Below are positions 19,877-27,357 of a stretch of 33,938 nucleotides of DNA, one piece after another. Both the position numbers and the translations under genes were made by a program. The stretch comes from a virus (Duplodnaviria; Caudoviricetes): positions 1-33,938 of the IMG/VR virus record IMGVR_UViG_3300025655_000154; one strand, written 5' to 3'. A model generated the notes under the pieces. The model was not told the DNA's origin, ran no database searches, and was given only the letters and a program-made list of their open reading frames with translations. Within the stretch, counting starts at the first letter, position 1; every line of letters starts with the position of its first letter.

Positions 19877-20200
19877 ATGTCAAATAATTATAAATTAATA
19901 GAAGACTTAGCATGGGGCGATGTCGAAGTATTAAAAGAAGCAGAAAAGTCTTATGGCACAAGTTGGAAACAACGTGGTGGTATAGGTGCTTTTATGATGT
20001 TAGCACGTAAGTGGGATAGGTTAGAAAACCAAGTTAAAAAGAATGGTTACGATGTTTTCCTATCTGCCTTAGAAGACCAAAGAGCCGAAGGTATCTTAGA
20101 CGATATCCGAGACCTTAGACAATACTTACTGCTAGTAGAATCTCATTGCTTAGAACTAATAGCTATAGATAAGCTTGGAGACGAAGTAGAAAGTGATTAA
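19877..20200 (+). CDS. Nmad1/DUF1599-like all-alpha protein (putative dNTP pyrophosphatase)
   Basis: KSYGTSWKQRGGIG...RKWDRLEN...DDIRDLRQY pattern; last gene of the modification cassette. Confidence 0.6.
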   Translation: MSNNYKLIEDLAWGDVEVLKEAEKSYGTSWKQRGGIGAFMMLARKWDRLENQVKKNGYDVFLSALEDQRAEGILDDIRDLRQYLLLVESHCLELIAIDKLGDEVESD

Positions 20201-20236
20201 TTATTTATGGGGTTGGTTTGACCCTGAACAACTACC

Positions 20237-22096
20237 GTGAGTCTACAGACAACATTGTTCGATCCAAAAGCCGACTGGTCTGCACCTGAGACTTTACCTA
20301 ATCTATCTGGAGCAAAAGAATTCAGTATAGATTTAGAGACTCGTGACCCAAATTTGAGAACTAAAGGCTCAGGTTGGGCTAGAAAGGACGGAGAGATAAT
20401 CGGTGTTGCGGTAGCGTGGGAGAGTGGTAAAGCTTATTTACCATTCTCTCATCTTGGTGGTGGCAACCTAGATAAAGAAATAGTTTATCGGTGGTTACAA
20501 CGACAATTAAATTCTAATGCGACAAAAGTATTCCATAACGCTACCTATGATTTAGGTTGGTTAACCTCTGAGGGTTTTAGTATAAATGGAAGTATCGTAG
20601 ACACCTTAGTTGCCGCACCTTTATTAGACCAAGATTCTTTTTCATACTCTTTAGATAACTTAGGAGAGAAATATTGTAATGAAAAGAAAAATGAAAACTT
20701 ATTAGACGAAGCATTAAATTCATACGGATTAAAAGATAAAGGTGATATGTGGAAGTTACCTGCAAAGTATGTAGGGTTATATGCAGAACAAGATGCAGCA
20801 TTGACTTTACAACTTTGGAAAATATTAAAACAAAAAATAAAAGACGAAAACTTATCTCAGCCATTCCAAACTGAAATGGAAATAGTAAAACTTGTTATTG
20901 AGATGAGGATGAAAGGTGTAAAGGTTGACTTAGAAAAAGCAGAAAAGATTATGCGAGAGTTAACTGTAAAAGAACAAGCTATCTTATTAGAGATAAAACG
21001 GAACTATGGAGTTGAAGTAGATATATGGGCTAATGCTTCTATCCAAAAAGCTTTTGATAAAATTAATTTATATTACCCATATACAGAAAAAGGCTCACCA
21101 AGTTTTCAGGCTAACTGGTTAGAAAACCACGAACATGATTTACCTAAAGCTATTGCTCGTGCTCGTAAATATAACAAAGCAGGTGGCACGTTTATTAAGA
21201 AGATGATCTTCGACCACCAAGTTAACGGAAGGATACATGCTGAAGCCCATAGTTCACGTTCTGAAATAGGTGGAACTGTAACAGGTAGGTTTAGTTATTC
21301 TAACCCAAACCTACAACAAGTTCCAGCTAGAGACCCAGAGATTGGACCAATGATCAGATCTATCTTTGTTCCTGAGCAAGGAGAAGAGTGGTGCTGTTTT
21401 GATTACAGCCAACAAGAGCCAAGAATAACAGTTCATTATGCTCATCGCCTAAAGATGACTGGGGCTGATCAAGCTGTTAAAAGTTATTTAGAAGGTAACG
21501 CTGACTTTCACCAAATAGTTGCGGACATGGCAAATATACCTCGCAAACAAGCTAAAAATATAAACTTAGGACTTACCTATGGGATGGGCGTAAAGAAGCT
21601 TATAAACGAGCTAGGGGTATCTGAGGAAGAAGGTAACGAGCTACTATCTCAATACCATACTAAAGTTCCTTTTATAAAAGGGTTGATGGATTACTGCACT
21701 AAACTAGCATCCGATAGAGGGTATATAAAAACTCTAGGTGGGAGAAAGTCTAGATTCGATTTATGGGAGCCAAGCGGAACGTATAACGAAGTATCAGCTT
21801 TACCAATCGAAAAGGCTTTAGAAAAATATGGGGCGGATTTAAAAAGAGCCTACACCTATAAAGCATTAAACAGATTAATCCAAGGGTCAGCAGCAGATAT
21901 GACCAAGTTGGCTATGTTAGAAGTTCGTAAACAAGGAATAGTTCCGCTACTACAGGTTCACGATGAGTTAGATTTTTCTTTAGGTAGTGAAGAAGAAAAA
22001 CAAACCGTTAAAGAAGCCATGATAAACTGTGTTAATTTAAGTGTTCCGATGGAAGTTGATATGGAGATCGGAGCAAGTTGGGGGGAGATAAAATGA
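20237..22096 (+). CDS. polA: Family A DNA polymerase with 3'-5' exonuclease (Leu762 type)
   Basis: ExoI DLET, ExoII HNATYD, ExoIII YAEQDA; TGRFSYSNPNLQQ; motif A DYSQQEPR, motif B AKNINLGLTYG, motif C VHDE; GTG start. Confidence 0.96.
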   Translation: MSLQTTLFDPKADWSAPETLPNLSGAKEFSIDLETRDPNLRTKGSGWARKDGEIIGVAVAWESGKAYLPFSHLGGGNLDKEIVYRWLQRQLNSNATKVFHNATYDLGWLTSEGFSINGSIVDTLVAAPLLDQDSFSYSLDNLGEKYCNEKKNENLLDEALNSYGLKDKGDMWKLPAKYVGLYAEQDAALTLQLWKILKQKIKDENLSQPFQTEMEIVKLVIEMRMKGVKVDLEKAEKIMRELTVKEQAILLEIKRNYGVEVDIWANASIQKAFDKINLYYPYTEKGSPSFQANWLENHEHDLPKAIARARKYNKAGGTFIKKMIFDHQVNGRIHAEAHSSRSEIGGTVTGRFSYSNPNLQQVPARDPEIGPMIRSIFVPEQGEEWCCFDYSQQEPRITVHYAHRLKMTGADQAVKSYLEGNADFHQIVADMANIPRKQAKNINLGLTYGMGVKKLINELGVSEEEGNELLSQYHTKVPFIKGLMDYCTKLASDRGYIKTLGGRKSRFDLWEPSGTYNEVSALPIEKALEKYGADLKRAYTYKALNRLIQGSAADMTKLAMLEVRKQGIVPLLQVHDELDFSLGSEEEKQTVKEAMINCVNLSVPMEVDMEIGASWGEIK

Positions 22097-22251
22097 ATTG
22101 TTGGCACTGTAACACAAAACTAATATGGGGTGGAGATCATGATATTCAAATGGAGGATGAAGAGTATATTATCGAAACTAATTTAAGCTGTCCTAATGAA
22201 AAATGCAGGGCAGCAGTTTATGTTTATTTACCAAAGGAAAAAGATGAGTAA
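22093..22251 (+). CDS. Small Zn-ribbon protein (52 aa)
   Basis: Read by hand: MNCWHCNTKLIWGGDHD...NLSCPNEKC...; GGAG RBS; ATGA overlap with polA stop. Confidence 0.7.
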   Translation: MNCWHCNTKLIWGGDHDIQMEDEEYIIETNLSCPNEKCRAAVYVYLPKEKDE

Positions 22252-22357
22252 AGGAAGCAAGCAAAGACCAATCAAAGATAGAAAGAAGTTTGAAGAAAAC
22301 TGGGAAAAGATTTTTAAGAAGGAGAAACCTAATGCAGGGAATAGAAGAAAAAGTTAG
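22244..22357 (+). CDS. Small basic hypothetical protein (37 aa)
   Basis: Read by hand: MSKGSKQRPIKDRKKFEENWEKIF...; AAGGA RBS; pattern recalled from marine phage microproteins. Confidence 0.6.
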   Translation: MSKGSKQRPIKDRKKFEENWEKIFKKEKPNAGNRRKS

Positions 22358-22655
22358 GGAGGAGAAATCCACCCAATATCCACTTATGGTTATGTTAAGT
22401 GAAAAAGGTATGACCTATGAAGAAATAGGCAGACAGTTTAATGTAACTAAACAACGAGTTCACCAAATTATTTGTTGTTGTAGAATAGGTAATGGTGATT
22501 ATTACGAAGGTAGAAAGTTAGCTAGAGAGTTTAGAACATACTTAAATTCATTAACTAAATCAGAAACAGAAAAACAAAAACTGTTTAAAGACTGGCTACA
22601 AGATAAAGGTGTAAAGGTATCAGAGAATAACAAAAATTATTCAACCTATGCCTAA
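22332..22655 (+). CDS. Sigma70 region-4-like HTH DNA-binding protein
   Basis: GMTYEEIGRQFNVTKQRVHQI helix-turn-helix; ATG 22332 chosen for its AAGGAG RBS (ORF track starts at 22290). Confidence 0.75.
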   Translation: MQGIEEKVREEKSTQYPLMVMLSEKGMTYEEIGRQFNVTKQRVHQIICCCRIGNGDYYEGRKLAREFRTYLNSLTKSETEKQKLFKDWLQDKGVKVSENNKNYSTYA

Positions 22656-23040
22656 AGAAACAACTCTTTATCAAAACCTTAAAAAACATTTACCTCAAGT
22701 TCATTGGCAAAGAATAGAATCACCAATGACTCAAGGAACTCCTGACGTTAATGGTTGTATCCAAGCTCAAGAATTTTGGCTAGAGTTAAAGATAGCTAGA
22801 GGTAATAAAATAAAGTTCTCTAACTTCCAATGTAATTGGGCAGTTAAAAGAATGGCGTCAGGAGGCAAAGTCTTTAGTTTAATCCAACACCATGATAATA
22901 AATGGATACGATTATACGAAGGCAACCAATTTAGAAAATTACAAGAAAGCCTCTCCTCTACTGAGTGTTTATACGAAATGCAACCGCAGTATACAAAAGA
23001 CAAATGGCTAGGATTATTAAATAATATTTTAAGTCGTTAA
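22648..23040 (+). CDS. PD-(D/E)XK nuclease (VRR-NUC/Holliday-junction-resolvase-like)
   Basis: RIE...GTPDVNG...FWLELK...FSNFQCNW. Confidence 0.8.
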   Translation: MPKETTLYQNLKKHLPQVHWQRIESPMTQGTPDVNGCIQAQEFWLELKIARGNKIKFSNFQCNWAVKRMASGGKVFSLIQHHDNKWIRLYEGNQFRKLQESLSSTECLYEMQPQYTKDKWLGLLNNILSR

Positions 23041-23041
23041 T

Positions 23042-23073
23042 CGCTTTACTTTCTAAACGCTGTTATTTATATT
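23042..23073 (+). promoter_or_regulatory. Repeated phage promoter
   Basis: CGC-TTTACT-TT, 17 nt, TATATT; 5' hairpin GTTAGCTA/TAGCTGAC and AGAAAGGAGAAA RBS follow. Confidence 0.8.
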
Positions 23074-23131
23074 ATTAAAAGTTAGCTAGGGTTAGCTGAC
23101 GGAAATGTCATAAATAAGAAAGGAGAAATAT

Positions 23132-24160
23132 ATGGCACACGAAGTAGAAACGATGGCTTACGCAGGGGAAGTGCCTTGGCACGGACTCGGTGTTAAAGTC
23201 GATGACACCCTAACGCCTCAAGAGATGATGAAGGCTGCAGGACTAGACTGGACAGTCTCTAAACGTCCAGGATACACTTTATCAGAACCTGCTTGGTCAG
23301 ATTCTGTAGAGGTTATCCAAACACCTGATACTTACTTTGTTGTTAGAGATTCTGATAACACAGTATTATCACATTGTGGTAATAGTTATATACCTGTGCA
23401 AAACGAAAGAATTTTTGAGTTCTTCGAAAGGTTTACTAAAGCAGGTAATATGACTATGGAGACCGCAGGCTCTCTAAAGAATGGTTCAGAGATATGGGGC
23501 TTGGCTAAAGTATCCTATGACTTTGATCTTTTAGGGGTTGACCATATAAAAGGGTATTTATTAATCAACCAACCACATAAGGTCGGTAAATCCCTATCTA
23601 TAAGGTGCACACCTATTAGAGTAGTCTGTAATAACACATTGACATTAGCCCTACAAAGCGGTAATGCCTTTAGAATGCCTCATGTTAGGGATTTTAATAT
23701 TGATGTTATGCAAGAAGCTGAAGAAGCTTTAGGTCTAACCATAGCTACTATGAAAGACTTCCAAGAAAAAGCTGAGTTCTTAGCTAAGTCTAAAGCTACC
23801 AAAGCACAGGTTCAGGAATTTGTGTCTAGGGTTTATCAACCTAATATATATGATGAACTTATGGCTTTTAGAAAAGCTAAAGAAGAAGGCAAAGCTGTTG
23901 GTGAGGAACCATTAATTATAGAACAGCTTGGTCGTTCAGCTAATACTGTTCTAGAAGCAGTCGAACGTCAGCCAGGAGCTGAACTAAAATCTTCCGCAGG
24001 AACATGGTGGGGTGCATTTAATGCTGTGACCTACTTTGAAGACCATAAAGAAGGTGAACATGAGTTAGGTAATACTTTACACAGTGCATGGTTCGGTGCA
24101 GGTGCAAATAGAAAAGCCAAAGCTCTCGATCTTGCGTTACAATATGCTAATGCAGCTTAA
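23132..24160 (+). CDS. DUF932/DUF945-family phage protein
   Basis: MAY..EVPWHGLG, AGLDWTV, ETAGSL, TPIRVVCNNTL, GTWWGAFNAVT, SAWFG. Confidence 0.88.
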   Translation: MAHEVETMAYAGEVPWHGLGVKVDDTLTPQEMMKAAGLDWTVSKRPGYTLSEPAWSDSVEVIQTPDTYFVVRDSDNTVLSHCGNSYIPVQNERIFEFFERFTKAGNMTMETAGSLKNGSEIWGLAKVSYDFDLLGVDHIKGYLLINQPHKVGKSLSIRCTPIRVVCNNTLTLALQSGNAFRMPHVRDFNIDVMQEAEEALGLTIATMKDFQEKAEFLAKSKATKAQVQEFVSRVYQPNIYDELMAFRKAKEEGKAVGEEPLIIEQLGRSANTVLEAVERQPGAELKSSAGTWWGAFNAVTYFEDHKEGEHELGNTLHSAWFGAGANRKAKALDLALQYANAA

Positions 24161-24380
24161 TCAAAACTTCCAGATCAGTGCTCGTCTTGCGAGCACTATC
24201 TGGATATATTTATACAATACAGGTCAAGAAGAACTTGCTGAATCTTTATCCGAATCCATGATTGAAGAAGGCGTAGAACTTGACCCTAATGTAGAAGGTT
24301 TCGAAACAGAACACCTATTAGCTTTTTGGTCACACCACCTTTTAAGAGAAGGTGTGATTAAAAAGGTTAAATTACATTAA
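24144..24380 (+). CDS. Hypothetical protein
   Basis: Overlaps the DUF932 stop; start taken at ATG 24144 (24150 also possible). Confidence 0.55.
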   Translation: MLMQLNQNFQISARLASTIWIYLYNTGQEELAESLSESMIEEGVELDPNVEGFETEHLLAFWSHHLLREGVIKKVKLH

Positions 24381-24397
24381 TGTAATTACTCGTAAAT

Positions 24398-24429
24398 CGC
24401 TTTACTTTCGGTTTTTAGTAAGGCACAAT
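24398..24429 (+). promoter_or_regulatory. Repeated phage promoter
   Basis: CGC-TTTACT-TT, 17 nt, CACAAT; AGAAAGGAGAAA RBS follows. Confidence 0.75.
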
Positions 24430-24468
24430 GATAATGTTTTTGTTAACTATTTAGAAAGGAGAAAACTT

Positions 24469-24810
24469 ATGGCAAAAGCAGCAAAAAAAGTCGACACTAA
24501 AGTCGCAACACCCCCAAAGGCTACAGGTAAAATATCAATACCTGCACCTGTAAAGAAGACTAGAGCTACCTCTGAGTCTTTAACGGTTAGAATTAAACAG
24601 CTTCCAGACGGTTCTGCGAAGTTACCTAACCAAATGTGGTCTATTCTTGAAGCATTAGAAACCTTTAAGAATAAGCAAGCTAATGTGAATGACCTTATGA
24701 CTTACGCTAGTAAGGAAGGCATACTCACTACTTGTCAAAGTCCTATGAGAATCTTTCGTTTTTATAAGAAAAGGTTTCTCGATGAAGGGATCTTGGAAGT
24801 TGTTAGCTAA
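24469..24810 (+). CDS. Winged-helix-like basic protein, paralogue 1
   Basis: C-terminal TTCQSPMRIFRFYKKRFLDEGILEV aligns by eye with 32826 and 33408 proteins; K/A/P-rich N-terminal tail. Confidence 0.7.
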   Translation: MAKAAKKVDTKVATPPKATGKISIPAPVKKTRATSESLTVRIKQLPDGSAKLPNQMWSILEALETFKNKQANVNDLMTYASKEGILTTCQSPMRIFRFYKKRFLDEGILEVVS

Positions 24811-24823
24811 CGCTACATTTTAC

Positions 24824-24881
24824 AAACCTCTAGTGAGTGGAGTATTATGGATATAATATTTTGCTCACCGAGAGGTTTTTT
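24824..24881 (+). terminator. Long imperfect hairpin with U-tract (terminator or RNase III site)
   Basis: AAACCTCT/AGAGGTTT, GTGAGT/GCTCAC, AGTATTAT/ATAATATT, then a T run. Confidence 0.6.
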
Positions 24882-24882
24882 A

Positions 24883-25326
24883 ATGGCTGACAGATATACC
24901 GTTGAGTACGATTTATCAGAAATAGATAGTTGGGAAGAACTATATACTTATGATGGAGACCAAATATTAGACGATGACGGTAATGAAATATCTAATCTTA
25001 GCCAAGACACCCAACAAATTATAGTTCACAGTGCACTGTTTGCTGTTCCTGTATTAGATGAAATAGGTATAAAGGAATGGTTAATACGACAATATTTATT
25101 ATGTAATGTTGGTTGTTACGATTGCCCTTTAAGTATTGATAGTTTATATAGACATAGGAATTTAAAAACAGACGTAGACTTTATGACTAGGTCTGATTGG
25201 TTTTCACATAATTTTTACCAACTTTGCACAGACGAAATTGAGAGGGTAGCACACGGTATTTATTTTGATTTTGTTAAAGAAAAAGAAATAGAAGAAAGAA
25301 GAAAAACAATTAAATTGGTAAAGTAG
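24883..25326 (+). CDS. Acidic hypothetical protein
   Basis: GAGG RBS before ATG 24883 (alternative ATG 24847); D/E-rich N-terminus. Confidence 0.7.
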   Translation: MADRYTVEYDLSEIDSWEELYTYDGDQILDDDGNEISNLSQDTQQIIVHSALFAVPVLDEIGIKEWLIRQYLLCNVGCYDCPLSIDSLYRHRNLKTDVDFMTRSDWFSHNFYQLCTDEIERVAHGIYFDFVKEKEIEERRKTIKLVK

Positions 25327-25331
25327 TTAAT

Positions 25332-25363
25332 CGCTTTACTTTGTTATTAATGTAAATTACTAT
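25332..25363 (+). promoter_or_regulatory. Repeated phage promoter
   Basis: CGC-TTTACT-TT, 17 nt, TACTAT; AGAAAGGAGAAA RBS follows. Confidence 0.8.
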
Positions 25364-25397
25364 TATATAGTTGTTTACTTTTAGAAAGGAGAAAAAT

Positions 25398-25784
25398 ATG
25401 GCAACGTTCCCAGATGATTACGATCCGACTGAGTTCGATAGAATGCAGGACGATGAAGAAAACGCTAGGCGTCCAAAGCTATCTGATTACGAGATAGAAA
25501 AACGTGGACCAACGATATCGGTCAAACTACACGGTGAATATATTTTACCTGCAGTTGCCGAGAACGTTGAACTCATAACTAACCTAGTTCAAAAGCTCAC
25601 TAAGGTTAGAACTATCTATATAGATGGAAAGATGTATAAGCGTATAGATAACGACCCTGTAATAGACCCAGAAGTCTTTATAAGCGTCGATAAGGTTTAC
25701 CTTAACGATAAGCTAGAGGTTAATAAAAATACACCTATACAGGACGCTATAGAAAGTATTTTGTTAGGTGATAAAAGTGCTTGA
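25398..25784 (+). CDS. Hypothetical protein
   Basis: ATG 25398 follows the consensus RBS (ORF track start 25371 lies upstream of it). Confidence 0.75.
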   Translation: MATFPDDYDPTEFDRMQDDEENARRPKLSDYEIEKRGPTISVKLHGEYILPAVAENVELITNLVQKLTKVRTIYIDGKMYKRIDNDPVIDPEVFISVDKVYLNDKLEVNKNTPIQDAIESILLGDKSA

Positions 25785-25813
25785 CTATTTTGTTGTTTTA
25801 TGTATGATAAAAT
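25781..25813 (+). promoter_or_regulatory. Putative sigma70 promoter of a small RNA
   Basis: TTGACT (25781-25786), 16 nt, TATGAT (25803-25808); alternative extended -10 TGaTAAAAT (25805-25813). Confidence 0.55.
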
Positions 25814-25814
25814 G

Positions 25815-25881
25815 ATCATTCTAACCTTATCTTCCTCTCGTAAGAATGTGTTAAAGCCCTGTCACTTGATGGGGCTTTTTT
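25815..25881 (+). ncRNA. Putative ~65-nt trans-acting antisense sRNA
   Basis: Promoter, then hairpin CATTCT/AGAATG with a C/U-rich loop, then an intrinsic terminator; no ORF; complementary to the RBS/start at 30486-30505. Confidence 0.65.
25853..25881 (+). terminator. Rho-independent terminator
   Basis: AAAGCCCTGTC-ACTT-GATGGGGCTTT followed by a T run. Confidence 0.8.
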
Positions 25882-25897
25882 GTTATATGATAGGGTT

Positions 25898-26212
25898 ATG
25901 AAAAGTTGTTTGATCTGTTTTAAAGAAATATCGAAAGGTGAATTTTGCAGCGATGAATGTAGAGCTAAACAGTATAAACACACTGGTTCAACTTACGGTC
26001 AAGGAGGAGATCCAGAAACTTATTCAGCTTATGCTTGTTCTTACGATGAATACCCAGTCGATCAAGGTATTTTACAATTAGCAGAAGCTAATGAGTCAGC
26101 CTTTAAATGGAATCAAGAAGCTTTAATGAGGGTGGGTTCATCCTCTAGAGGTAAAGAAAGGTTTGGAAAACAGAAAAAACCTAGAAAAAATACATTAAAT
26201 AGTTTTTCGTAA
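25898..26212 (+). CDS. Small protein with N-terminal CxxC...FCSxxC Zn finger
   Basis: CLICFKEISKGEFCSDEC; no clear SD, possibly leaderless (TATGAT ends 6 nt before ATG). Confidence 0.6.
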   Translation: MKSCLICFKEISKGEFCSDECRAKQYKHTGSTYGQGGDPETYSAYACSYDEYPVDQGILQLAEANESAFKWNQEALMRVGSSSRGKERFGKQKKPRKNTLNSFS

Positions 26213-26214
26213 AT

Positions 26215-26246
26215 CGCTTTACTTTCGGTTAAATGGGCTTTACTAT
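26215..26246 (+). promoter_or_regulatory. Repeated phage promoter
   Basis: CGC-TTTACT-TT, 17 nt, TACTAT; ATAGGAGAAA RBS follows. Confidence 0.8.
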
Positions 26247-26278
26247 TTATATAGTTAATAATTTTTATAGGAGAAATT

Positions 26279-26476
26279 ATGAAAGCAGAATGTAGAATTT
26301 GTTCAGAGCCAGTTGACGAAGGTCGCTGGGCTCTAGGTAGAAATACCTGTTTAGAATGTGGTGAGATACAAGCTAGAGAGCTTGCCACCAAAAGACGTAT
26401 GCAGATTGCTCCGATGTATAACAAAGGTGCATATCAGTATATAACTGAAAACGATCTACTACATATTGGTAGATAA
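26279..26476 (+). CDS. DksA/TraR-like C4 Zn-finger microprotein
   Basis: CRICSEPVDEGRWALGRNTCLEC plus APMYNKGAYQYI tail; lacks the DksA acidic coiled coil. Confidence 0.65.
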   Translation: MKAECRICSEPVDEGRWALGRNTCLECGEIQARELATKRRMQIAPMYNKGAYQYITENDLLHIGR

Positions 26477-26477
26477 A

Positions 26478-26941
26478 TTTTTGTGTGCGAGGGGTGAAGG
26501 TGAAATTAGCTGTTACTGAGCCTTCCACTTGGTGCTAACGAGATTCACGAGGTTAGTTAAATGAGACTTGTTAAACACTCAAGCCAAGCGATACTCCAAC
26601 AGCCCACACGAAAACGTAGTTAGGAAAGAGCCTTGTAAAAGCCTTTGAAAAATAAGGTTAGGATAAAAGTAAATGAGAACTACACCTTCATGCACTAACT
26701 ACAAATGTAAGGTGTCCTGTTAAGCGATTAGTACAGGAATGGACTTAAATAGCTTCCTGTTGGATGGGTTTATAAGCATCCTATAAACATTGCCTTACAC
26801 CCTAGTATAGCCAGTGATTGGTCGTACAACAATCCGTCACTGAGTAGCCAACGGATACTGGTTATACTATGTGGTCAACAAATAGTCATTAATTGTTGTT
26901 AAAGATAAATTGAAACAAATGCATACTAAATTTATCGCCAC
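26478..26941 (+). ncRNA. Large multi-domain structured RNA region (unclassified)
   Basis: No ORF in the track; five abutting domains each closed by a helix: 26478-26614, 26616-26702, 26706-26799, 26803-26869, 26871-26941; G-U wobbles favour the + strand. Confidence 0.7.
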
Positions 26942-26960
26942 GCCTTTTTAGAGAAAGTTT

Positions 26961-27134
26961 ATGAAAGAAAATACAGATAAAAAACAGTGTCATAAAGATG
27001 CTCATGACTGGGGTTACAGTTATAATATTGGAGTATTAGGAACATTAGTTTCTATATTTGAATGTGAGAATTGTGGATTACGTATGAATAATCCTGATTC
27101 TACAATTATTAAGGAGAAGAAGAAAAATGTCTGA
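26961..27134 (+). CDS. Small putative Zn-binding protein (57 aa)
   Basis: Read by hand: MKENTDKKQCHKDAHDW...FECENCG...; overlaps next start. Confidence 0.55.
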   Translation: MKENTDKKQCHKDAHDWGYSYNIGVLGTLVSIFECENCGLRMNNPDSTIIKEKKKNV

Positions 27135-27357
27135 TTTTGGACCAAGAGAAGAGTGGACTAACGTGTTCATGGTAAAAGAAAAGAAAAACGAAAAGATGCC
27201 TGATTTTAAATCGAGCACCCCAGTCGTTATTGAGGGTAAAAATTTTGACGTATCTTTATATGCTAGGAACGATAAAAATGGCAATACTTACTACGGATGT
27301 AGGGTTACTCCAGAGTGGAAGCCTGAGCCTAAACAAGAAGATACTGGAGAAATTTAA
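27127..27357 (+). CDS. Small beta-rich protein, DUF736-like (possible ssDNA binder)
   Basis: KKNEKMPDF...DVSLYARNDKNGNTYY pattern with acidic tail; AAGGAG RBS. Confidence 0.55.
   Translation: MSDFGPREEWTNVFMVKEKKNEKMPDFKSSTPVVIEGKNFDVSLYARNDKNGNTYYGCRVTPEWKPEPKQEDTGEI

Noticed and set aside
26706-26799. Canonical pistol or twister ribozyme
   Set aside because: Short motifs resemble them but strand order and the downstream conserved elements do not fit; kept only as a weak lead.
26876-26936. CAT-containing loops of RNA domain 5 as antisense to starts at 24883, 27357 or 29750
   Set aside because: Only 6-7 contiguous Watson-Crick pairs in AT-rich sequence; any real targets may lie outside the window.
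26478-26941. tRNA, tmRNA, group I intron or known riboswitch
   Set aside because: No T-loop GTTCRA cloverleaf, no tag ORF, no recognisable group I core and no complete FMN, TPP, cobalamin or glycine consensus seen by eye.
13586-27284. Minus-strand ORFs at 13586, 20577, 22767, 26113 and 27078
   Set aside because: Antisense to well-supported genes.
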